From an uncultured bacterium (GTDB lineage: Bacteria; Spirochaetota; B62-G9; DRHN01), in assembly GCA_965603595.1 (NCBI GenBank), contig CBFDDP010000001.1, forward strand, positions 17,751 to 81,750: a stretch of 64,000 nucleotides of DNA, in the 5' to 3' direction. A model generated the notes under the pieces. The model did not search any database. It was not told where the DNA came from and was given only the letters and a program-made list of their open reading frames with translations. Made by a program: the position numbers and the translations under genes. Positions 50,275 to 59,600 of this stretch are shown one piece after another (positions within the stretch are counted from its first letter, which is position 1; each line of letters begins with the position of its first letter).

Positions 50275-51283
50275 AGAGTCCTCTTAAACATGTACGTATC
50301 TCATCATGGGGAATGCCGCTCATCTTGGCGAGGAAAATGGTGCGCAGGTTGTTCAGCTCACGCTCCCTGGTCCACAGGTAGGCAAGCAGAGGCTCGATAC
50401 CGAAGGAGATGAAAACGCTTTCCTTCAGGTAGGTTGCCTGCGCAGCATCGAGCCGCCGCTCGACCTGCGCAACCTGCTCCTCCGGATCAATGCTCTTGTC
50501 AACCTCCCTGAGATGCTGTCCGAAGGGAGAAAACTGTATTCTCCCCGCAAATCCCTCCAGGTTTATATCAAATCCCTCCTCCAGATAGGAGATATCTATG
50601 GAACCCAGTGGTATGTAGCGCTCCCGCATAACACCCCGTTTTTTACCCTGTAGCTTCAGTCTGAGTACAGTCGAAATGTTGACTGCATCGATTTCTCTTA
50701 TGAAGTAGTCCTGAATAAAGGGATTGTTCCTCTCGTCGAGAAGCTGGAAGAGCTCATTATAGTATGCACGGTCACAGGAGATATCGATCAGTGTGCTCGA
50801 AATCTCCTTCCTGTCCAGCAAATCCCTGAAGGTTCTGAACATGGTCTCACCCGTCTCCAGGGCTTTCCCCTCCGCAAGCAGGGTTTTCAGTAACCCGTGA
50901 CCATAGTTTGAGCGCTCGATCAGTAAAAGAGGGATACGTAAGACTTCGCCCTTCTCCTCCTTCACGATAAACTTGAGAAGCTCGTAGTCATAACGCAGAC
51001 CGATGAGCCGCTTCATCTCTTCTTCCAGAATGAGAGACTGTACGAGCCGGAAGGTCTCGCTGAACGACTCCTCGAGATCATCCAGGATACGGGTAACATC
51101 CACGGATGCTCCGCTTCGAATGCCCGTTACTTCTGAAAAATGGGCTACAAAGCGCTCACCGTCTGATGAGAGAAGTGTATTCAGGGTGACCTCGTCGATG
51201 TACCTCGTCTCCAGCGCACGTACCCTGGCAACGGCGAATGCGTATTCAGTGTCTTCAACAAACTCTGGACTATACGTCAGCAT
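50267..51283 (-). CDS. atpC: V/A-type ATP synthase subunit C (eukaryotic d-like)
   Basis: 338 aa helical protein between E and F. Confidence 0.7.
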   Translation of the reverse strand: MLTYSPEFVEDTEYAFAVARVRALETRYIDEVTLNTLLSSDGERFVAHFSEVTGIRSGASVDVTRILDDLEESFSETFRLVQSLILEEEMKRLIGLRYDYELLKFIVKEEKGEVLRIPLLLIERSNYGHGLLKTLLAEGKALETGETMFRTFRDLLDRKEISSTLIDISCDRAYYNELFQLLDERNNPFIQDYFIREIDAVNISTVLRLKLQGKKRGVMRERYIPLGSIDISYLEEGFDINLEGFAGRIQFSPFGQHLREVDKSIDPEEQVAQVERRLDAAQATYLKESVFISFGIEPLLAYLWTRERELNNLRTIFLAKMSGIPHDEIRTCLRGLYG

Positions 51284-51857
51284 CGAAGAGCTCCCACGCC
51301 TTCTGCTCGAGATCGTTCCGCTTGTACTTGAACAGGCTCTCTATGGACATATTCGTCTCAACCTTACCCTTCAGGAGTATGAACCCCCAGGGGAAATCGC
51401 CCCGCACATCCGCAAGGGTGAACTTACCGCCCGTCTCTTTGTTCAGCTCGCTGAGAATCGACCCCAACTCTTTTTCGCCACCCTTTGAGCCAAACTGGAC
51501 CTCCTCATCCCTGGCAGAAGAGACGGTCGAAATGAGCTGCTTCATAAGCTGCTGATACTCCTTCATGGGCTGATCAACAAGCCTGCTCCGGGCCTCCTCA
51601 AATGCCCTGTCCATCCAGGTCTGGCGGGTCATCAGCAGGCTCTTGCGCTCTTGGAGACGCCTGTTCAGGATTGCCCGCTCCTTGTCCTTGCGGTACTTCT
51701 CGTCGAGCAGCTCCCTCTGCCGGTCATAATGCTCCTGTGCTTCCCGCTCATTGTTATCCTGGATGGCCTTTGCCTGACGCCGGGTCTCACTGAGTATACT
51801 CTCCACTTCTCCCTTCGCATCAGTCATAATGCGATCGATAATTCCCTCTACGGACAT
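51270..51857 (-). CDS. atpE: V/A-type ATP synthase subunit E
   Basis: 195 aa, N-terminal charged coiled-coil, operon position. Confidence 0.7.
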   Translation of the reverse strand: MSVEGIIDRIMTDAKGEVESILSETRRQAKAIQDNNEREAQEHYDRQRELLDEKYRKDKERAILNRRLQERKSLLMTRQTWMDRAFEEARSRLVDQPMKEYQQLMKQLISTVSSARDEEVQFGSKGGEKELGSILSELNKETGGKFTLADVRGDFPWGFILLKGKVETNMSIESLFKYKRNDLEQKAWELFDADV

Positions 51858-51882
51858 AACCTTTCTCCGTTCATCGGTGAGG

Positions 51883-52356
51883 TTAAATGGTCAGGAACTG
51901 CCAGATGAAGATCGAGACGAGCAGACCAAGAACCGCGTAGAATTCGACGAGAACACCCATAACGAGGGCCTTGCCCATTTCGCCTTCCTGCTTCGAGACG
52001 AGATTGACTCCCGCCGCACACACCTTACCTTGATGAATGGCCGAAAAGAGCCCGGCTAATGCGATGGGCACGTTCATGAATAATATCTCGAGCCCCTGCG
52101 TGAAGCTGAGCTGCGCCACATTTCCCGTCAGCAGGCCGATCTTCTGAATCGTTAAAAACCCCATGACAAAACCGTAGATGCCCTGTGTACCGGGCAGTGC
52201 CACCAGCAGGATGAACTTACCGAACTTCTTCGGATCTTCGCTCAACGCACCGCACGCTGCAGTACCGACGATCCCGATTCCCTTTGCAGAACCAGTTCCC
52301 GCAAGACCCACCGCAAACGCCGCACCTGCTATGGCAAGCCAAAGTCCTACATTCAT
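51883..52356 (-). CDS. atpK: V/A-type ATP synthase proteolipid subunit K (c)
   Basis: 157 aa, four hydrophobic helices, glycine zipper GLAGTGSAKGIGIVG. Confidence 0.85.
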   Translation of the reverse strand: MNVGLWLAIAGAAFAVGLAGTGSAKGIGIVGTAACGALSEDPKKFGKFILLVALPGTQGIYGFVMGFLTIQKIGLLTGNVAQLSFTQGLEILFMNVPIALAGLFSAIHQGKVCAAGVNLVSKQEGEMGKALVMGVLVEFYAVLGLLVSIFIWQFLTI

Positions 52357-52400
52357 ACTCTCCTCCTGTCAATTCCTCATTAATCAGTATCTTATGGGCG

Positions 52401-54395
52401 CTAGGCCCCACGCATGTACGTATACTTTCTCTTTTCTGAAAACTCAGTGATCAGTTCACCGCCGCCGGTGTAAAACTTGGTGAAAAACTCCATGAACTGC
52501 AGCCTGATGGAGTGGACAAAGGCACTCAGGCCGCTGATAAACAGATTGAACATGTGTCCGACCAGGAGCACAACGAAGAAACCCACGATTCCCACAATGG
52601 GCATGTCCTTCACCATAATGGCAAGGGTATTCATGACACCGGCTATGACGCCCGTTGCAAGCCCGAGCGCCAGGAGACGCGAGTAGGAAAGCACATCGGA
52701 AAGTACACCGGAAACGCCGTACAGGGTGAACAGTCCCTTACCGATCCGCTTGATGGGGTTCCATGAGCTCCGCTCCGAGAAGAAGAGCAGAATACCGGCC
52801 CAGAGTCCAAGCAGTACGTAGAATATGATATTCAACATTTTTGCATGTTCAGGCATGAAACTTGATAACATCTTGGGCACAGGGGCGAGAAGCAGAATCA
52901 CCCAGGGCAGGTGATCGCATACCGCCTCCGCCCATTCGCCCTCTCGAACGAGCATATATATCTTGATCAGATATCCCACTATGAGGTGGAGCACGCCGAG
53001 TCCGAGGGAGAGGCCGAAGAACTTGAGTATATCCTTCCCCGAATCAAAGAGCATGACCCTGTACCTCACCTCCCGAAGCCATGCCCACTTTTCCGGCAGC
53101 GCGTTGAAGTCTATGCCGAACACCGTACCGATGAGAGACCCAATTATAAACGTGGCAATACCAAGGATGAAAAACATGGTCAGGAATTTGCGAAAGGGCG
53201 TCTTCTGCTTGATCAGAATCATGCCCACCAGCGCGATGAGCGCTATGATCAGGCCGTACCCCGCATCGGTGAGACAGACACCGAAGAATACCGTGTAAAA
53301 GGGCATGAGAATGGGTGTCGGGTCAACCTCTTTGTGATGTGGGGGTGAGTAGAGATTCACGATGATCTCGAAGGGAGAGACAATGGGGTTGTTGCGGTAG
53401 GCAACCGGCGGCACTTCGTCTTCCCCTATCTCCACTTCGGTGACATAGGCTTCACCGTACCTCTCCACCACTTCCTTGAGCTGGGGAAGGTCACGCTTCT
53501 TTGCCCAGCCATTAATGACAAATACCTTTTCCGTGTAGAAGAACTTCTCCTTTGAAAGCTGTTTTTCCAGCTCAGTCTGCAGATAGTCCGCGTAGAACTT
53601 CAGTGCTTTGAGACACTTTGCCGTCTCCCGGCTTTTGGCCACCAGCTCCTCTCTCGATCTCTTCAGCTCATCTATTTCACCTGCATACTCATCCATGAGC
53701 TGAACCGGTGTTTTATCGACCGCGTTCAGGGACACCGGTTCCAGTCTGAAATCCCGTTCGATCTGCTGCACCTGCTCAGTTGCGTCCCTGTGAAAGACAA
53801 TGACAAAATACACCGTGTCCCTCGTATGCTCACCACCGGATATCTTCTCCACATGTACAAGTTCACTGTCCATAGCTTCAAGCAGCTGGTTGTATATTTC
53901 AAGGTCAAGCTTTGAAACGAGTGTGGCAGTGTTTCCTGCAGATGGGAGCAGGTTGAGCGGTGTTTCGAGCTGCACAAAGGGCTCAAGCTCCTGCCTGAGC
54001 TGTCCGAGCTCCCTTATCTTCGCATCGATATTAGAGAGCTCTCGCCCGCAGTCAAGGGCCTTTACCTTGACATCGGCTGCATGATGCTCTTCCGAATACT
54101 CTTTCAAATCTTTTTTAGATACCACATCGGGCGGGGTGTTGAGCTTCTCGAGAATGGGCACACGTGGTTTGTATGCCTCGAGAAATCTCAGCGCCACTTC
54201 GACATCAAGTGACTCTCTTCGCAGCTCTGAAATCCGATCGCCTGTCTCGTGAATAAGTGTTTTCTCACTCTCCCACTCTTCGATTCGATGGGGATCGATC
54301 TGTATGATTGAGAGCTGCTGCAACTCTTCGAGGAGTTCATCGATGATTGAGGTGTGTGCCGTGATCTCAACTTTGGTGACAGGATCGAGTGCCAT
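52401..54395 (-). CDS. atpI: V/A-type ATP synthase subunit I (a)
   Basis: 664 aa with a soluble N-terminal half and a C-terminal multi-TM half. Conserved Arg in the penultimate TM region. Confidence 0.85.
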   Translation of the reverse strand: MALDPVTKVEITAHTSIIDELLEELQQLSIIQIDPHRIEEWESEKTLIHETGDRISELRRESLDVEVALRFLEAYKPRVPILEKLNTPPDVVSKKDLKEYSEEHHAADVKVKALDCGRELSNIDAKIRELGQLRQELEPFVQLETPLNLLPSAGNTATLVSKLDLEIYNQLLEAMDSELVHVEKISGGEHTRDTVYFVIVFHRDATEQVQQIERDFRLEPVSLNAVDKTPVQLMDEYAGEIDELKRSREELVAKSRETAKCLKALKFYADYLQTELEKQLSKEKFFYTEKVFVINGWAKKRDLPQLKEVVERYGEAYVTEVEIGEDEVPPVAYRNNPIVSPFEIIVNLYSPPHHKEVDPTPILMPFYTVFFGVCLTDAGYGLIIALIALVGMILIKQKTPFRKFLTMFFILGIATFIIGSLIGTVFGIDFNALPEKWAWLREVRYRVMLFDSGKDILKFFGLSLGLGVLHLIVGYLIKIYMLVREGEWAEAVCDHLPWVILLLAPVPKMLSSFMPEHAKMLNIIFYVLLGLWAGILLFFSERSSWNPIKRIGKGLFTLYGVSGVLSDVLSYSRLLALGLATGVIAGVMNTLAIMVKDMPIVGIVGFFVVLLVGHMFNLFISGLSAFVHSIRLQFMEFFTKFYTGGGELITEFSEKRKYTYMRGA

Positions 54396-54397
54396 GG

Positions 54398-54718
54398 TTA
54401 TTCCTTTACGATTTCGCTGGAGATGAAATCAACAACCCTGCCTATATTCTTCTCGCAGGCGGTAGTGAGTTTCTGGACTGTTCTCTTCTCCTCCTCTTCG
54501 ATCTGTTTCACTATATCTGCAGTCTCCCCTGCATACTTCTCCCTGATTTTTTCCTCCTCCTTTTCAAGGAGATTGTTCTTTTTCTCAATAAGAACAGTCT
54601 TCTCGTCGCGCGTCCTTTCTAGAAGCTTCTTCGCATCTGCATGTGCCTCTGCGATGAGTTCAGACGCCTCGCTTTCCCTGTCCTTTATCTGTTTGATTAC
54701 TTCACCAGCCATACCCAT
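54398..54718 (-). CDS. atpH: V/A-type ATP synthase subunit H (G-like peripheral stalk)
   Basis: 106 aa charged coiled-coil. First gene of the operon. Confidence 0.65.
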   Translation of the reverse strand: MGMAGEVIKQIKDRESEASELIAEAHADAKKLLERTRDEKTVLIEKKNNLLEKEEEKIREKYAGETADIVKQIEEEEKRTVQKLTTACEKNIGRVVDFISSEIVKE

Positions 54719-54745
54719 CTCCCCTGAGCCAGAAACTTTTTAGTT

Positions 54746-54774
54746 ACTATACCCGAATTATGTAACTTGTAAAG
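54746..54774 (-). promoter_or_regulatory. sigma-70-type promoter for the ATPase operon, read on the minus strand: TTTACA-N17-TATAGT
   Basis: Reverse complement of the intergenic region gives TTTACAagttacataattcgggTATAGT. About 30 nt downstream is the RBS GGGGAGAT and then the atpH ATG. Confidence 0.5.
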
Positions 54775-54797
54775 TAAAAATGCAAAACTAGATCGAT

Positions 54798-55433
54798 TCA
54801 CAGAATAGCCAAGAGCTCATCGGGGTGATTGATCGTAAAATCCGGACTGAGCCCCGTCATGCTGCTGTCATGGCTGAAGCCCCAGCTCACATACACCGAC
54901 TGTAAACCGGCCTCAGCTGCCGTGAGAATATCGTTTCTCCCGTCGCCTATGAGCAGGGATTTCTCCCTGCCAACACCGGCTTTCTCGATAATGTAATTGA
55001 CGCCGTCCGGAAAAGGCTTCTTTCTCGGCAGCGTGTCACCCCCGACAAATATTTCAAAGTAACCGGTGAGCCCCAGGCCGTCGGTAATTGCCTTTGACGG
55101 GGCATAGGCCTTGTTGGTGAGGATTGCCTTTCGGTACACTTTGAGCTGTTTGAGAAGATCGACAATACTTGGATAGGGCCTTGTATTCTCGAGAAGGCGT
55201 GCTGTGTAAATCTTCTTGAATAGCAGGACTGCCTCATCGATATTCACGTCCTCATCGCCCATACAGCGCTCCACGAGCTTTGCGATCCCGTCTCCCACAT
55301 AGCCTGTCACTTCGTCCACGCCCTTCTGATCCAGGCCGTAGTGGGCGAGCATCTGATTTGCTGAATTGGTGATGTCCTGACGCGTGTCGATGAGGGTACC
55401 ATCAAGATCGAAGATGAGCAGTTCGTAGTTCAC
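54798..55433 (-). CDS. HAD-superfamily hydrolase (phosphoglycolate phosphatase-like)
   Basis: Motif I FDLDGTL at the N-terminus. Motif IV-like GDGRNDI. Confidence 0.8.
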   Translation of the reverse strand: MNYELLIFDLDGTLIDTRQDITNSANQMLAHYGLDQKGVDEVTGYVGDGIAKLVERCMGDEDVNIDEAVLLFKKIYTARLLENTRPYPSIVDLLKQLKVYRKAILTNKAYAPSKAITDGLGLTGYFEIFVGGDTLPRKKPFPDGVNYIIEKAGVGREKSLLIGDGRNDILTAAEAGLQSVYVSWGFSHDSSMTGLSPDFTINHPDELLAIL

Positions 55434-55576
55434 GCATCCAAATATAATCAGGCGGGTTGCTCAATGCAACTGAATGTCGGGATTTCGTGCAGAAATATGG
55501 TTGCAAAATCTGCCCATCCCATTTACGCTGTGAATGCCGCCTTTTCAGTGATACTGCTTCTAAGAGAGAATGGGCC

Positions 55577-56347
55577 ATGCCCCGGAGAGAGGATAGACAG
55601 GACCTGTACCGTATGGCATTACGCTGCGCAGAGCGGGCCGGTCAGTACATCAGGAAACGCTTTCACGACGATGACAGGCTGATCACCACCAACTACCGCC
55701 ACGATGTGAAACTCGATGTGGACCGTCAGACCGAAGAGCTCATTATCTCCATGATTCGACGGAAGTTTCCCAACACAGGGATCATTTCGGAGGAGATTGG
55801 CCGCGACCTGGAAAAGCCAGATTTTAACTGGGTCATCGACCCGCTTGACGGCAGCGTCAATTTCTCACGGGGCATACCCCACTTCTGTACCTCTATTGCC
55901 TACAGGGAAGGAGGGCGATACCTGGTTGGCGCGGTGTATGACCCCATGCGTGACGAGACCTTTTCCGCACTGAGGGGTGAGGGTGCGTTTTTAAACGGGA
56001 AGCCCATGAAACGCAGGAGCATCTCTGCGCTCGAGGAGGCGGTGGTGTCGGGAGGATTCTTTAAAATCGAGTCCCTTCGGGAGGGCGGAAGAATATTCGA
56101 GATAATTGCACACCGGGTCAAGAAGGTACGGTTCTTCGGGTCCGCTGCACTTGACCTCTGCTACCTTGCCTGCGGACGTGTGAACGGCTATATACAGCAT
56201 GCGGTGAACGAGTGGGACATTGCTGCAGCTTCCCTCATCACCGAAGAGCAGGACATACCGATTGAAATCATCGAACATAAGGGCAGGCTGAATGTGTTTG
56301 CCGCAGACAGCCACATATACGATGCATTGCGCGAGTGCTGTGCATGA
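55577..56347 (+). CDS. inositol monophosphatase family protein. Start MPRREDRQ at 55577; the ORF-track 5' extension to 55457 is likely spurious.
   Basis: IMPase motifs EEIG ... WVIDPLDGSVNF ... WDIAAASLI. Confidence 0.8.
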   Translation: MPRREDRQDLYRMALRCAERAGQYIRKRFHDDDRLITTNYRHDVKLDVDRQTEELIISMIRRKFPNTGIISEEIGRDLEKPDFNWVIDPLDGSVNFSRGIPHFCTSIAYREGGRYLVGAVYDPMRDETFSALRGEGAFLNGKPMKRRSISALEEAVVSGGFFKIESLREGGRIFEIIAHRVKKVRFFGSAALDLCYLACGRVNGYIQHAVNEWDIAAASLITEEQDIPIEIIEHKGRLNVFAADSHIYDALRECCA

Positions 56348-56631
56348 GAGTACTTCTGTCGAGAATTGAGATCCACATCCCCTATGCCACGTCACTCAAG
56401 GACAAGCGGCGTGTGATCAAGGGTCTCAAGGACAAGATCTGGTCCCGATTCAGAGCCTCAATATCGGAAGTGGATAGGCATGATTCCCGCCAGGTAGCCA
56501 TACTCGGCCTCTCTTATGTGTCAAACGACAGCACGCTCCTGGAGTCGATTATGAACAAGGTGGTCAATCTCATCGAGGACAGCTATCCGGGACACCTCCA
56601 TCATTACGAGTACCATGTTGAGCACTACTAA
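56344..56631 (+). CDS. DUF503 (YlxP-like) family protein
   Basis: ~95 aa (MRVLLSRIEIHIPYATSLKDKRRVIKGLKDKI). ATGA start/stop overlap with the IMPase gene. Confidence 0.7.
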   Translation: MRVLLSRIEIHIPYATSLKDKRRVIKGLKDKIWSRFRASISEVDRHDSRQVAILGLSYVSNDSTLLESIMNKVVNLIEDSYPGHLHHYEYHVEHY

Positions 56632-59600
56632 CGGTACCCCCTCCTGAGCAAGAGACCACGATACCCCTTCACGAATCCGAACTGTACAAAGTGATCCAGG
56701 AATGCACTTTCCAGAGCGGGTTTTTCGTTTATGCTGTCGACCCTGATCTGCGCCACTGGGTTGACCGGTCTGTTCAGCAGGGCATGAAAAACACGCAGAT
56801 AGACGGGAATGCCCTCATCTTCAGGCGGAACGTACACAGTGACCTCCCTTCCGCTCCGTCCCAGAGCAAGCACGAGGCGTTCACCGCGAAACACCAGATA
56901 GTTACTATTCACCCTTCTTGGAAGGGGCAGATCGATTCCCTCAATCCGTACTCCGCAGAGAGAGGCGGGGTCCGTTGCATTCATCCAGTACACCGCATCC
57001 GTGGGTACCGGCTGCCCGAACTCCTGAAATGCGGTGTGTGACGCAAACTGGAGTCCCGGTATATCCTCAAAGAAGTATCCTGCAAGCACCTCACCGGAGA
57101 GCTCCATGATTCTCAGGCTCCTGAAAACACGCCCCCATCGCAGCTGGGGAAGCTCATGTTGCAGAAGCTCCCTGAACAGCACGCCGTATCGGGCAAGGAG
57201 CTGACGAACCCGGTCACGCGACAGCTCCTCCTCGTGCATGAGGTCGGGAATGAGGGGGTCGGGGTTGAGCACATACCAGTTTCCTGAAAGGGGATGCGAC
57301 GCCTGCCATCGGTTGAATCGGTGACGCCGTCCGTGCCTGTTGCCGGGTGACGGCATCTCCAGGAAATCCGTGTATCCCGCTGTGATTCCCCTCCTGACTG
57401 GCTCGAACCTGTCGTTCGAGAGCAACCCCTTCCACACCAGGCCCCAGACATGCTCTGAAAGCTTCCGGTGGTCCATGCCCGCATATCTGTGCATGTCCCA
57501 GTACCCGTACTTGCCTGAACGGTCAGGAAAGATACGATTTATATCACCGCTCTCATCGGTATTGGGTTCCAGATACATCTCCCTGTCCGAGCTGAAACAG
57601 AAACTCAGCCGCTCACCGCCCGTCCCGAACCAGATGAGATCGCTCTGCTGAAACAGAAGATCGAGCTGCCCAGGCATATAGGATTTCATGCGGGCGGGAA
57701 AGATGTCATATTCCCACGATTCAGCCTTTGCAGGATAACCGAATAGAATCTCCAGGCATTGCTGGAGATGCCTTTGCTGATCAACGGGGTCATCCCCCCC
57801 AGTTTCCTCTGACTCCTCCACCCGGCTGCTCGGAATTAACTGTTGATGCCGGGCGAGAAAGAGCGGAAGCATTCGCAGGGGAAGCGCACTGAACTCCCTG
57901 CGGCCTTTCCTGCGCACCATTCGAAGAAGGCTCTCCATATTCTCGGCATCACAAACCTCAACTGTATCAGTCCCGTCACGAAAACGGTCTCGTACGATGC
58001 TCCGTTCCTCGAGCAGTGTCTCCACAATGACGCTGAGGCGCTGGAGACCCACGCCCCACACTTCGGCAAGGTAGGACTCATGCACCGGTCCGTAGTAGCG
58101 CAGCCATTCGGCTGCAAGGGGGCTCAGCCTGTCCTCTCCCTCCTCCCCGGGAATGAATAGTGCTTCCAGGACACGCTGCATGTTTTCAAGGGTCATGAGG
58201 GACCTGCAAGAAGCAGAGGGAAGATAAATCTCAACCACCCGGTCCGCGAGCTTCCCAAGCCATCCCGATGCATCTGTACCATGGTCACGCACCATAGCAG
58301 AGACGAGCCTTTCGGCCTCTTCCAGCGGAAGGAGGATTCGCTCCGTTACCCAATCGTAGAGGTCTTCCGCCGAATCGGGCGTATACCCCGGGGCAGTCCG
58401 GTCAAGCCTTCCTACGAAATAGTGGATCAGCTTCTCGGATATCCTTGGCCTGAGGCTGGAGGTAAAAACCGCATCCTTCAGAATATCCTCACGGAGCCCT
58501 GACTCAGTCATCAACCCGGGTGTGTCATCCTCATACATATGTGTGTGGGTCTGCCAGTGTATGATTTCAGCCGCAAAGGGCGAGGGAGACGCAGGGTACG
58601 CATCGACAATGCTGATATCATTCTGTTCGAGCTCCTGGAGGAGGGCTTTGAGATTCCCCATGTCAAACTCGTCCCACAGGCATGTCCTCCATGTCTCCGT
58701 GAGTACAGGGAAATCCGCATAGTCGTACACCGCATGGAGGAGTTTTCGTGCCCTGATGCGGTTGATCCAGAGCGGTGTTCTCCGGTTGAAGCCCCTTTTC
58801 GGAAGCAGGAGTGACCGCGCAGCATTCTGCCTGAACCGTGCACCGAATATACCGGTCCGCTCCAGTTTTTTTCGAAGGAGGCGCTCAACGTTGTCGGGGG
58901 TCACCAGAGTCAGTATACCCTGAAGGGGGTGTGTATCCGCTCCTGCTGGCAGGCTCATGAGAATGGTATCATTGTCATGATACATCCTGAGAGTGCTCCC
59001 GTACCTCTCCTCCCAGGCCTGTCCGAGGGCGATGACGTAGGGAACAATGACCTTCCCTCCCCATATTGCATGCACCACGACCTGCCTGCTGTCGGACCTG
59101 TCCTCAAGGCCTGCAATATGCTCGGCGATTATCTGATGCCGATGCGGAAGGCCTGTACCCGTTGCCCTCCTCTGGTCGCCCAGAAAATCGAGGAGCTTCC
59201 TGACCGATGCCTCGTCCATGAAGTAGCGGTCAGAGAGCATGCCGGCAGCATCCTCTAGATTTTTGTACCCGTCCATCTCCTCGAGGAACAGTGCGATTTT
59301 CTCAGAAAGGTGAAAGTCACGGCCGCTTAAATCCGCCTTCCAGAAGGGGGCCATGGAGGCCTGTCTCGAGGCGGGCACAACCTCCACGTTCTGATGATCA
59401 ATTTTTGTTACCCTCCACTGCTGTGTGCCGAAGGAAAAGACATCACCCACAGACCGCTCCCACACAAACTCCTCGTCCAGTTCACCGATCTTCGCTCCGG
59501 AGTCCTGCACCCTGAGCGAGTAATAGCCCCGATCAGGGATGGTGCCGCCGGCCATGTACAGAACTCCGAGAGACCCCTCTCTGCTCCTGATCACCCCTGA

